The notes under the pieces: generated by a model
What the model was told of the DNA's origin: nothing
Seen by the model: the letters and a program-made list of their open reading frames with translations, nothing else
The model's database searches: none
Program-made: the position numbers and the translations under genes
Assembly (NCBI GenBank): GCA_025603075.1
Contig: MU626389.1
Coordinates: forward strand, 1-57,868
DNA: 57,868 nt
Reading direction: 5' to 3'
Origin: Neoconidiobolus thromboides FSU 785
Taxonomy: Eukaryota; Fungi; Entomophthoromycota
Part shown: positions 42,512 through 54,022 of the stretch, piece after piece
Position numbering within the stretch: position 1 is the first letter of the stretch
Layout: every line of letters begins with the position of its first letter

Positions 42512-44676
42512 TGTAATATTTAGTCACAATTAGAATAATGGCAAGCTTTTATATATTTTTCTTATTATTTTTCGTGTAGTGCTGTTCTCCTAATTAATTA
42601 TCCCGAATTTCTATACAAAGAACTTTTTTCTTGGCAAAAACATGTTTAGTAATTTTAAAATTGATTTTTAATTAAAAAACTGACAAACATATTTATTCTT
42701 GCTATAATTATATCTATATTTTTAAGGTTTAATATGTTGCCTATATTATTATATCAATAAAAATGTATAATATTATAGGCAACATATGCTTTATGTAGAC
42801 GAAATAAAACAATATAAAGCCCTGCAACAATAGCTTTCGAAGTCCTCAATTTAAACATTACCAAAGCTGTGGATCAAATAATTAAGGATAAATAATTAAA
42901 ATAAGAATAACTTTTAACAATGCCCTTTTTTAGGAGTAAACTATATTTAGAAAGCCGCGCTTTTAAGTTTTGTTAAATCCTTCAAATAATCTGCAGAAAT
43001 TGAAACTATCAGTTTTTTTTTACTAACAAACTAATAAAATTTTAAAACAAGGTCAAATACAGTAAAGTAAAGATTTACAAGATAAAGATATAGGCTTTGA
43101 TATCAAGACCAGCCTTTTCCTTATCTACAGGGAAATTTTATAAAAATAAATAAGTCTAATGATGCACCAGATACTAAAATTTCCTTTGCGGTTTATAAAT
43201 TAAATTTAAACTTAATTTTGGATAAACATCAAAAATAACCTATGATTTTATTCTGGTTACTCTATTGAGAAAAAGTAAGGAAAAAAGTTAAATTAGATAG
43301 GCTTAATGAAATAGAGGGTTATTTTACCTGAACCTTATTCTTTAAATTGTTAAAAGGCACATTTAAACTATCTCAAACTGAAATAAATATTATACTGTCT
43401 AAAGCTCACTGTGCAATGCTGTAGCAACATAGTTTGCATCAATATTTAATATATTTATCAATTAAATCTTTTCAAAGTAACAAAAAATACAAGTTTAATA
43501 CTAAAATCTTAATGGCTTTTTTACGGTGGTGAGTGAAATTACCTCCTTCTTTTTAGCCCAAAAGTGAAGTTACTAAATAAAAAATGGTGCGCGATCTTCT
43601 TAAGATTTAAAATAGATAAGTTATGATAAAAGGTGATAGGTAAAAGCATATATATTCAGAATAAAATGATTTAACCTTAATATCTTGTGTGAGCAAGAAT
43701 TGAGTAATCTATTAAAGGAGAAGATAAGGAAGTGAGATATCCAAGGAGATATATAATCTTGAATTCTACATTTTGCTGGTTTTCAACATGAGGCAATTAA
43801 GATGTAAAATCTAGGATTTTCCACTAAAAGCCAAACATGAAAAGGTTAATTTTTTAGGTGATATTATCTATTTATTTGTTAATATTTTATTAACATAGTT
43901 GAACTGCATAAAAGAATTACTTAAAACATATAATATTACTTTTCGACTAGTAAGATAAATTCAACTTTTATATTATAATTAATCAAATAATTTATACACA
44001 TTTACTTTGGTGTAGATGTTACTTTTTCAATGATAACTAAAAATAAGATATATGTAGTTATTATAAAGATTGTATATAAAAGGCGCTTATAGATTACCTT
44101 ATTGTAGCCATTTAGGAATCATTTCATATACTTTTTACAATAGCTTTGAAAACAACAATATTATAATTTAATTATTGCTCTTTAAATATCTAACTAACTA
44201 GGGTTATTAGCTTATAGATGTGTTTTATTCAAAGTGTATTGTTCTTAACTATAGATTAATGGCAAAAATATGAAAGAATTATAATAGTGATCATCGGTGT
44301 GATTTATTACTACATAATACTTTTGATCAAAAAAAACTTTAAATTTAAATTTGGTAGTTACTACTGTAAATACATTATTTACGTTTTTTAGATTAAAGAG
44401 ATAAATCGGTTTCAGATTTCAAACTTACAACAGAGTATACATTTATAAAATATACTAAATAGACAATTGTTAATGAAATCAGAAGTATCGATCTATTGTA
44501 TATTTTATACTACCTGTAGAAAAAAGTTTATAACAAGCATGGTTTAATAAAATAACATTTAATGCATTAAAAATGCGACATAAATCATAAGATGATTTTA
44601 CACTAGCATAATTCCATATATATTATATTGACATATATAGCATTTGAAACCTTTAGTATAAACTTAACAATACATG

Positions 44677-44778
44677 TATAAGGATATCTTTTTTGTTTAA
44701 GAATTTTGTTAGTATTTTTTTGGCTCAATAGTACTTAAAAAACCGAAAGAGCAATGAAATCAAAAAAGACGTCACATT
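44677..44778 (-). mobile_element. MITE family A, degenerate copy
   Basis: TATAAGGATATCTTTTTTGTTTAAGAATTTTGTTAG...GCTCAATAGTACTTAAAAA...ATGAAATCAAAAAAGACGTC. Confidence 0.7.
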
Positions 44779-45527
44779 AATTCGACTCCTAATATAGAAG
44801 TATAACCTAACAGCTTTAAGTTGAAATAAAAGTTTTTCAACTAAATATTTAAACATTGTACTTAAACTAGTTTTCATTGGCTTTAAGTTGAACTAACGGA
44901 GCTAAAATAACACAGAAATATCAGATAAGGTTAAACTTTAAATATTTAAATGAATTATTACTAGTATAAGAAATGTTATTGTCCATCTTTAATATTATTA
45001 CTAATATCAATAAAATCCGTCCGGTTTCAAATTTTGGTTTGTTATATATTGTTTAAAATTGCATAATGGTGGACTATTTGATTTAATTTAACAATTATTG
45101 AAATAATTTTACATATTTGTTAAAATTATTTCGATCATTCATGAAGTTATATTTTATTTTAATATAATTAGTATGTAACTTTCTTCAATGTTATATTATT
45201 TACAAATTATGTTTGAATGTGTGTTACATTAAATCTTAGTTACAAAATTATAGAAAATATATAAAGCTTTGTTTTTTATGTTTTGCAGTTTATAGTGTCA
45301 TTGTTTAAATTATAATATACTTATTGCATTAATTATAAACTTTAAGGATGAAATGAAATTTCAAAAAATTAAAGTTAAATGAAGCTGTAGTTTGAAGCGG
45401 TGGGCGCTTTATTTAACTGAGTTTGAAATAAAACAAAAATTGTAGATCCAAAACATTTTGAGTAAATTATAATCTCAAGTCATAAAATTCCATTTTTATA
45501 TATGTCGAAGTATTAGTAATAAAAGTG

Positions 45528-45535
45528 TATAAATA
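45528..45535 (+). promoter_or_regulatory. Candidate TATA box of the small secreted ORF
   Basis: TATAAATA ending 58 bp before the ATG at 45594. Weak on its own in AT-rich DNA. Confidence 0.3.
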
Positions 45536-45593
45536 CTCAATAAAACTATACAAATTAAATCATTAAGTAATTACAAAGTCTTTCAACATCAAT

Positions 45594-45767
45594 ATGAAAT
45601 CACCTTTATTATATTCATTATTTATTATGTATTACTATTTTGCTGCCCCTGTCATAGAGTCTAATAACGTTTCTTTGATCCAACCTAGATCAATTCCAGT
45701 GGCAGGCGAACCTGTAGATGGTGCAGAGAAACTCAGCCCATTCCCCTTTTCTCACATCATTCCTTGA
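45594..45767 (+). CDS. Putative small secreted peptide (57 aa)
   Basis: MKSPLLYSLFIMYYYFA-APVIESNNVSLIQPRSIPVAGEPVDGAEKLSPFPFSHIIP*. Signal-peptide-like N-terminus, locally higher GC than the flanks, TATAAATA about 60 bp upstream. Below the ORF-track length cutoff. Confidence 0.5.
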   Translation: MKSPLLYSLFIMYYYFAAPVIESNNVSLIQPRSIPVAGEPVDGAEKLSPFPFSHIIP

Positions 45768-45791
45768 GCATTATTTTGTTAAGTTAAGGTG

Positions 45792-45896
45792 TATATATGG
45801 AGGTGTTTTTTTTATTTTACCACTCTTTCCATTTTTTAAGCACTACTTGGGTAGAAAAACCATTAGTGAGATTTTTAAACAAAAACATCCTTATAT
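45792..45896 (+). mobile_element. MITE family A copy
   Basis: TATATATGGAGGTGTTTT...TTTCCATTTTTTAAGCACTA...TTAGTGAGATTTTTAAACAAAAACATCCTTATA. Confidence 0.8.
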
Positions 45897-46149
45897 TTTA
45901 AATAAATTTTAGACTCTCAATAAACTAGATTTTAAGTCATAACTAGTTTTATTTGTAATTATATTAAAAAATTGAAATTAAATAAGATACAAACAGCAAA
46001 AACAAAATAATTTATATAATGGTTAAAACCAATCAGCAGAATATAATGTTTTGTCAAATTAGAATAATAAGGCTATTTGTTCAAATTAATCACATAAAGA
46101 TATCCGGCTGCCATTGTTTTTTATAATTTGACTATTTCTAATTTTCTTA

Positions 46150-47254
46150 TTATTTATTTCTATAAATAATAAACAGTTCTCAATTATGACTACAGGCTCT
46201 TGAGTTATATATTCATGCTTTAACTTGCTATAATAGCCTATTACATTAAAGCATTATAATACTGTTGTTAATGTTAATTGGTTATTTGAATATTCCTCAA
46301 TTGAAGTGCTTGGATTATACGAGAAACCAATGGCGAATAAATTGAAACAGTAGTAATAATATCTTCACTTCTCAATTTCTTTATCTCTGCTTTTTTAAAA
46401 TCCTTCCTTATCAATTCGTTCATTTCAATATAATTGTATTCTCGGTATAGCATATTTAAAAGTTCAATTCTTCCACTTGAAAAAAATCAAATATGGTCTA
46501 ACTAATGCCCTTTATGTTACATGCCTTTCGTGCTTCTGATTCTCACTTAGATGTCTATATGTGATATTAAGTCCAACAACTGAAGTGGGATGAACTGTAC
46601 GGTTAATTGACTCTGAGTGCAATTTATGTACCTGTAAAAATGATTGAAGTTCATTTAGTAAAATTAGTATAAATTTTACTGTATCCAGCGATGGTTTGAG
46701 TCTGAATGTATTTGTGTAGCTTATATTACATATTAGCTAATACGGCTTTAATAAGAGCTGTAAAAGGTGCCCATATTAAACTACAAGTATAAATAGATGT
46801 ATTTAATACCGTGAGTCTTTCAGTTAAATCATTAGTATCTTCCTTGAATAGAGGTAAACGTCTATTATTAATTTCAAAAAATTATTAATTACTTCGATCT
46901 GGGGACTTTTAAGATCACCTGTATTAATCTCAAAGATCACAGTTGTGGTCATTTATAACTTTGAGTTATCCTTCTTCTTTATTTCTGTCTATATCTTGCT
47001 AACAAACTCATATACCTGATTATTAATTTGATCTTACCTTTATTGAATAGAAATAATAATGAATACCCTTTAAATAATGGTAGTTAAGCAATAATCTCCC
47101 TTAAAATTGAATATCCCTTTTTAAAATGCATAAGTTATTGACTCGGCATTCAATTTTTCATTATAGTATTATTGATCGTTTGTGCTTTTCAGTTCTCCAC
47201 CAAATCGAGGCAACTAGCTCTTAACTTTAATTCAAATAAAATTCAAATAAGCAT
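46150..47254 (-). pseudogene. Decayed paralog of the 40940-42511 TF-MHR-like gene
   Basis: Relic NNRRLPLFKEDTNDL..LNTSIYTCSLIWAP..L..M*YKL aligns to NNENMRLFNKDAFDL..LKMAIYACGMMWIP..L..LEHKL. Relic RLKPSLDTVKFILILLNELQSF..H..GLNITY..ER..L.RPYL aligns to NLKINLDTIQLILVVLDGLQSF..H..GLDVIY..ER..LYRKYL. Several stops and frameshifts. Confidence 0.8.
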
Positions 47255-47360
47255 TATATGGGGATGTATTTTTTGTTTAAGAATTTTACTACCAATTTTT
47301 CTGCTCAAATAGCGCTTAAAAAATGGAAAAAGTGATGAAACCAAAAAAACGTCCTCCTAT
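47255..47360 (-). mobile_element. MITE family A copy
   Basis: TATATGGGGATGTATTTTTTGTTTAAGAATTTTACT...GCTCAAATAGCGCTTAAAAAATGGAAAAAGTGATGAAACC; near-consensus. Confidence 0.88.
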
Positions 47361-48613
47361 TTTGAATTTTATGTTTTTTTAACGCCAAAAATACAAAACA
47401 TACACCTCTCTATAACGAAAACAAAACCTTGGCTTTTAACAATTTAATAGAAAATTTGAGTACAACTTACTAGTATCACAAGTAAGCTTATATAGTTCTA
47501 ATATTGATTGTTGGTCTAGTTATCATTTATCAACCCTTATTCTTTTATACATTTTTTTTGTTTTGAACAATTCATTATTTTATAAAATAGATTCTTTTGG
47601 TTTGCTTTGATTTGAGTTTATTATGTTCTTATAATGATTTGATTTTAACCTTTAATCATGAGTAAAGTTAATTAAGCTTATTTAAATTTCGGAATTTATG
47701 TTTTTTTCAAGGCTATGGTTAGTTAAGTTAATTGTTCCTAATAAGGAAGTCTAGTAATTAAATAATAACTGGGTATTTCTTAATTTAGATTTTAGAACGA
47801 ATATCAACCTTTATTATTCGATTTGTATCGAATATATAAGCTTCTAAAACATATAGCTCTACATTGTATTGCTTTCAGGTATCCAACTTTATACATGTGC
47901 TTATTAAAAGTACTTTGTTTTTAAAGGCTTCATCAACCTTCATGACCTATAGTAATTCTTATTTTATCCAATTGAACGTAGTATATATATAAACTTTATA
48001 CAAATATTTTAAAAGCCCATATATCAGCAAGCTTTACTTATTCAGGAAAAAGCGATTCGTCTTCAAAAATAAAGAGGATACTATTTGAAAAAGGTGATCA
48101 GAGTTGTAGAAGGGATTTTGAGAATATCTCAAGCTAAAGACCTTATTTTTTAATTTACATTGATTTCCAACTTTTTTCCGAATGAAAACATCATACTCTA
48201 TATTTAATTAATAACTTTAACTTGGAATAAAGGTAGTATTAGATAATATTTGCCGATGAAGTATATAGTTTTGATTTTCTTTCTTCTACCTATTTCTTTT
48301 ACTGTCCCACCTTTGAGTTTTTTTAAACATAACAATATGTATGGGAACCAATTAGTTTTTAAAGAAAAGTAGGTTGCATTTATTTTAAATAAAGTGACCA
48401 CAAAAGCAGCAGCCTTAATTCCAATAAAATAAAGTTATTGTTTATGTCAGATAAAAAAAGTCGGTGGTTTTATAATGCTTAATTTAAAAGTCAAAACTAC
48501 CATATTAAATTTGCAAAGTAAATAATACTAATTCCTAATATGTTAAGAATACAAATTTTTAAAAAATTCTGAAGTCAATTATGATACTTGGATATATATA
48601 ATTTAATGAAATG

Positions 48614-48719
48614 TATATGGGGATATTTTTTATTTTCATCACTTTTTCCATTTTTTAAGCGCTATTTGAGCAGAAAAATTGGTAGTAAAATTGTTGAACA
48701 AAAAATACGTCCCTATATA
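48614..48719 (+). mobile_element. MITE family A copy
   Basis: TATATGGGGATATTTT...CATCACTTTTTCCATTTTTTAAGCGCTATTTGAGCAGAAAAATTGGTAGTAAAATT...AAAAATACGTCCCTATATA. Confidence 0.88.
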
Positions 48720-48759
48720 GATAAAATACCATAACATATATATAATAATTAAAATTAAA

Positions 48760-50377
48760 TCACATAGGAATTCCTTCGTGGATAGCTTGGTTATTTGGTC
48801 TAGATAACACCATGATGATATCACCTATACAATGGGTAGCGAATCCTGCTTCACAATAAGCTAAATAAAATAACCAAGTACGTTTGAAAATATCATCGTA
48901 TTTTGTAGGATCGATTTGACGTATTTTTTCATAGTTTAAAATAAACTTTTCTCTCCATAATCTCAAAGCTCGTGTATAATGCATCCCGATGTTATTGATA
49001 TCATTAATCACTAATTGGTTATCACTCCCATCTTTAATTGCGTTAACCAAAGCAGTAATAGAAGGAGTGTGACCTCCTGGGAATATATATTTTTGAATAT
49101 AATCTACTCTACTGCAGTAATCATCATATCTTGATTCATGGATTGTAATTCCTTGTAATACCATAATCCCGCCTTCTTCTTTTAACACGGAATGGCAGCA
49201 ATTAAAATAAGTAGATAAATACTCTTTCCCAACAGCCTCAATCATTTCAATTGATATGATTTTATCAAATTTCATACCAGATTTTAATAAGTCCCGATAA
49301 TCCATTAATACCACATTGATTTTAGTATCATAGCCCGCTTCAGCTATTTTTTTCTCAGCCAAAAGTTTCTGTTCAATACTTAAGGTAAGGGTAGTTACTT
49401 TACATCCAGTTAATTTGACAGCCTAAACAAAATATAATTATATGTTATATATTTAGAATCTAAGTAAGTTACCTCAATTGAAAGAGCGCCCCATCCACTA
49501 CCAATTTCTAACAAATGATCCTCTTTACACAATTTTGCTTTTCTAATAATAGTATGTAACTTTCTTAATTGGGCACTATAAAGTTCATCAAACTCTTCAT
49601 CCAAGCTTTTTGTTCTTACTTCATCTTCATTGTCATGAAGTTCTTCCCAAATAGGGCAGGAGTAGGTTAAAGTTGGATCCAAAAAAAGTTCAAAGAAATC
49701 ATTTCCTAAGTCATAATGAGCAGATATATTATTTAAGGTATTGTTTATGCTATTGACTAATTGTGTATTTGAAATATAATCTAAAGTTTGAAATACTTTA
49801 GAAGTAATATCAGTACTACCATTTTGTCCCGTTAACTCACTACGATTAAATACTAATAACTATTATAATTAGTATAATGTGGAAATTGTAAATAATTAAT
49901 GTACTTACTTTTAAAAAATCAGCGATGTTACTAATTTCGCATTCATCTAGCAGATAAGATTCAGCTAAACCCTAAAAGTTATAGTTAATAAACAAAGAGA
50001 TAAAAAATAAACTAGTTACTAAATCTGAGAACATAGCAACTCTCAACCAGAAACGATTGTTTTTAACTAAAAGGGTTACTGTTTTATCACCTTCACTTTT
50101 CTTTTTGCCAAAATAATATTTCTCTTTTTCAACAGTGATTACTTCTAAATGATTTATTTGAATTTTTTGAAGTAGTTTTAATATTTCATTTTTAACTAGA
50201 TAAAATTTAATAAGTGTAATGGGGATTTAACAATAATTTACCTAAGCTTATCAATGGTGTATAAGCTATGTTTAAAAACATATCACTAGTTTTATCCCCA
50301 AGGTACTCAACCAACTTAATGTACCATGGCCCCTTTTCTTCGTTCTTAGATTTTACAGCTTTATTTTGAATACTCAT
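48760..50377 (-). CDS. Cyclopropane-fatty-acyl-phospholipid synthase-like SAM methyltransferase, multi-exon
   Basis: FWLRVAMFSDLGLAESY, NISAHYDLGNDFFELFLDPTLTYSC, AQLRKL, LLEIGSGWGALSIE|AVKLTGCKVTTLTLSIEQK, DYRD, FDKIISIEMIEAVG, YIQKYIFPGG, HYTRALRLWR, YLAYCEAGF. Confidence 0.88.
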
Positions 50378-51829
50378 TTTTAAATATGAAAAAAAATAAA
50401 CAGATTTATGATTTTAGTTTACTTATATATCTCTTTTTTAAATCAAACCTATATTTTCTTTGAAGGGATGAGATTTATAATTTAATTATAATTACCAGTT
50501 TCGATTTAAATAATAAAATTACGTGTTTATTATTTTTAATAGTCAAACTTTCACGATCTGAAGACAAGTATTGTTTTTGTATAAAAATTGTATAATATTT
50601 TAAGATCTAAATAATGTATTTGTTCATAGTATAGTTGATATATAACTAATATTTGTCACATAAAGATTTTTTGCAATTATATTGTACTCCTTAAAAATAT
50701 AAGTAACGTAATTTTTCCTCGATCTCTTTAAAATAAATTAACCCATATAATTATACCCCTTTATCACGTTGAATCATATTCTCATCTGTTAAATTAAAAC
50801 TAATAATAACTAGCATTTTTAACTAAGAATGCCTAGCAAAAATTTATGTTAATCGAAAAAGATTATATTTACTTCAGATATGAGTGCTATAATATATATA
50901 TCTCAATTTATGATACGACTATCAAAACTAAATTGGATAAATTTAAAAATCCGGTCAAGAATTGAAAATAAAAACTTCCAACACATTTTATATAGTTAAT
51001 TTTAAAATTAAACAAAAAAGGGATTGTTTTATCGGGCTTATCCATATTCGCAAAACTTTTAAGTACCAAAAATTAATCTGGTTGAAGCCAATTTATGTAT
51101 AATTATTAGATGATATTTACTCTTGTTTGATTTCATAAAAATCCTATTTTTTGAGCATTTATCTGAGGATAGCTATTTCAACTTATGATAAGCTTTTCGT
51201 TTTGTAATAATCCCTTTATATATCATGTCCTTATTAGATGACTAGGTATGAAATATCAGTATTATATTAAATCAGTTTAAACTTGAGGTTATTTTTTACA
51301 TGTTTTTTGCAAATTTTGGGTACATCTGATAAAAAATACCTGTTCAAAAACAGGTTTGAAATTAGCCCATATAAAAATCAAACTGGAAATTTATTACGAT
51401 CCTTAACGGAGTTTGAAATTTATCCACATTTTATATATAAAAATGATTTAACTTATTCTTGATTATTTGATTTTTATATTATGAATTTATGTTTTTGAGA
51501 TGAGATCGCTATTATAGTTTATTTTAACTGTATATGGTAATGTTTTTATCAGTTATCTTTTAATAAAGAAAAAAAAGCTGTATAAGTTATATAAATTTCA
51601 TGTTAATACTTAAAAAAGATGTTTAATAAAACTATTAAAAAAATAATAATTTTAAACTTAAATAAAATATAAAAACAAAAACAAGATCAAAATTAATAAA
51701 CTTAAACCATTATGACAAACAAATTATGTTAATATCAGAATTTAATGTTTTATATTTAAAAGATAATAAAACAGTAAGCAAAATTTATTTTAACTATTTA
51801 TTTATTTAAAATGTTAAATTAAATTCAGC

Positions 51830-51879
51830 ATATGTAGATGTCCTTTTTGATTTCATTATCTTTTCCATTTTTTAAGTAC
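51830..51879 (+). mobile_element. MITE family A, left half only, cut at the junction with TIR family B
   Basis: TATGTAGATGTCCTTTTTGATTTCATTATCTTTTCCATTTTTTAAGTAC abuts TGTGAAATCTGG at 51880. Confidence 0.55.
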
Positions 51880-51979
51880 TGTGAAATCTGGTATTCAGTG
51901 ATTGGATTCAAAAACAGCTATTGCCTAATTGACTATACTGTAATTCGAAAGGTCTTAGTTTATATGACTAAGATAACTT
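51880..51979 (+). mobile_element. Older diverged left TIR of family B
   Basis: TGTGAAATCTGGTATTCAGTG..TCAAAAACAGCTATTGC..GACTA..TCGAAAGGTCTTA..TGACTAAGATA is colinear with the TIR at 52287, with substitutions and small indels. Confidence 0.75.
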
Positions 51980-52286
51980 GAATTATGAAGAATAGCACAT
52001 AATAAGCTATAGGCTATGTAAGATAAATACAATAGATAATACTAATGTAACATCTATGTAAAATATTATTAATAAAATTTAGTGACTTTATTAAATGTAC
52101 GAGATATCAGGGAACAATTCAGTTAAAAGCCTCAAGCTACTATGTTCTAGAATCTGTTTTATACTCCAGCAAGTATAGATATTAAAACGAGAGGATGATA
52201 TTCTTTGAGACGAAGATAGAAATTCTCATAGTAAATCAAAATAAGAGCATGGGATTGATTGTCTCTAAACTCGAGAACACAGCAGC

Positions 52287-52619
52287 TGTGAAATCTGGTA
52301 CTCAGTGTTTGGAGTCAAAAACAGCTGCTATTGCTAGGTTGACTACACTATAAGTCGAAAGGTCTTACTTTATGTGACTAAGATAGACTTNNNNNNNNNN
52401 NNNNNNNNNNNNNNNNNNNNNNNNNNNNNNNNNNNNNNNNNNNNNNNNNNNNNNNNNNNNNNNNNNNNNNNNNNNNNNNNNNNNNNNNNNNNNNNNNNNN
52501 NNNNNNNNNNNNNNNAAGTCTATCTTAGTCACATAAAGTAAGACCTTTCGACTTATAGTGTAGTCAACCTAGCAATAGCAGCTGTTTTTGACTCCAAACA
52601 CTGAGTACCAGATTTCACA
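52287..52619. mobile_element. TIR DNA element family B (Ginger-like termini) spanning an assembly gap
   Basis: 52287-52390 and 52516-52619 are 104-bp reverse complements. Termini are TGTGA...TCACA, with CAGC directly on both sides (52283-52286 and 52620-52623). Confidence 0.75.
52391..52515. other. Assembly gap (125 N)
   Basis: Run of N in the sequence. Confidence 1.
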
Positions 52620-53024
52620 CAGCTTAGGCGATTATTATATTACAATTAACCATGGGGCTGACAAAGCGATACTTCACAAGGAATAGTTAATTATAGTTTT
52701 GCGTCTAACCACACCCTCCCATATAGCTATTTGTTAACTTAGTAATATATTAATAATGTAATTACAACATCAAAATAGTTTATTTATTTGATAGCAAATC
52801 TGCAATGTTGGTTATAGAGCAGTTAATGATAAATATTTCTCAATAAAGCTTTATAAGAATATGTATCTATTTACATACTACAACTTTGATTAATGTTAAT
52901 ATATATAATATATTAGCAAAAGCCTTGTTAATTGCGGGATTTTATTAGATCTAGTAGAAATTTTCCCAACTTACAATACAAACTATAATAGAACAATTTA
53001 AAAAACTGTATTGGGTATTTTTGC

Positions 53025-53124
53025 TTTTTAATAAAAAAATTGTTTTTACAGGATTTTAAGCAAAGTTTAAATATAAAAATATTTAAAAATTGGATAAAAT
53101 GAAACTAAAAAACATCCTCATATA
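53025..53124 (-). mobile_element. MITE family A, degenerate copy
   Basis: ...AAAAATTGGATAAAATGAAACTAAAAAACATCCTCATATA end is clear; the other half is decayed. Confidence 0.5.
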
Positions 53125-53501
53125 TTATTTTCAATAAGTAAAATGTCCTAGATTTATTTTTTTCACTTAAAGTATATTTGAAAGAAAAGTTACATTTCAT
53201 GATTTCAACTTATTATAAAAAGTTAAATACGAATAAAAGTTTAACGCTGTTTATGTCATTGTTGATAGCTAACAGAAAGTAAAGTTAATTTTTCAATATA
53301 ATTATCATAACGTTTATTTTTTAAAGAGATTGAAGTTATTTACTGTAAGTTTATGACAATCTACATTATCGACACTGGTGATATAGACAAGCCCCATTTT
53401 AAAAAACATTAAAATATTGTGAAAAGGCAATAGTTCCTATTTAACTACTTGGATAGACTTGTAGAGTAATTTGTCACCAAATTTCTATCAAAAAAATAAA
53501 A

Positions 53502-53602
53502 ATGGGGATGATTTTTTTGGTTCCATTACTTTTTCCACCTTTTAAGCGCTATTTGAGCAGAACATTGTTAGTAAAATTCTTAAACAAAAAATACATCCCC
53601 AA
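53502..53602 (+). mobile_element. MITE family A copy
   Basis: ATGGGGATGATTTTTTTGGTTCCATTACTTTTTCCAC..TTAAGCGCTATTTGAGCAGAACATTGTTAGTAAAATTCTTAAACAAAAAATACATCCCCA. Confidence 0.88.
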
Positions 53603-54022
53603 ATGATGACAAACTATTCAATGCAATTATACAATTCTTTTTGTTTGTAAATGAATTTTTTTTAAATATTGCCCAAGTGAATCATTCTGAAATAAGCATG
53701 AAGATACTTTGAATAATATTCCGATGATTTCAGCAAAAGTATATATATTAAACTATACTTCTTGCTACCTATTTGATAATTAGTTCGACTTTTTACCAAA
53801 CCTTAAAGTAAAGGAATAACTTGTTTGCTAGATATAAGGAGTAGAATTATGTGATAGGAAATGAGTTTTGTAATTAAATATTTATTATCTGATTTCGATA
53901 AACCTATCAGATAAAGTTTATTTATTTTAATCAAACTTTAAGAAAAATTAAAATCAAAATAATATTAAACGTTTTTCTTATTATTTATTATCTTTTAGAT
54001 ATCAATAGCTTTATTTATTAAA

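Noticed and set aside
47400-48600. Short ORFs between the 47255 and 48614 MITEs, considered as a transposase remnant of a composite element
   Set aside because: No DDE, HTH or other recognisable motif in any frame I translated.
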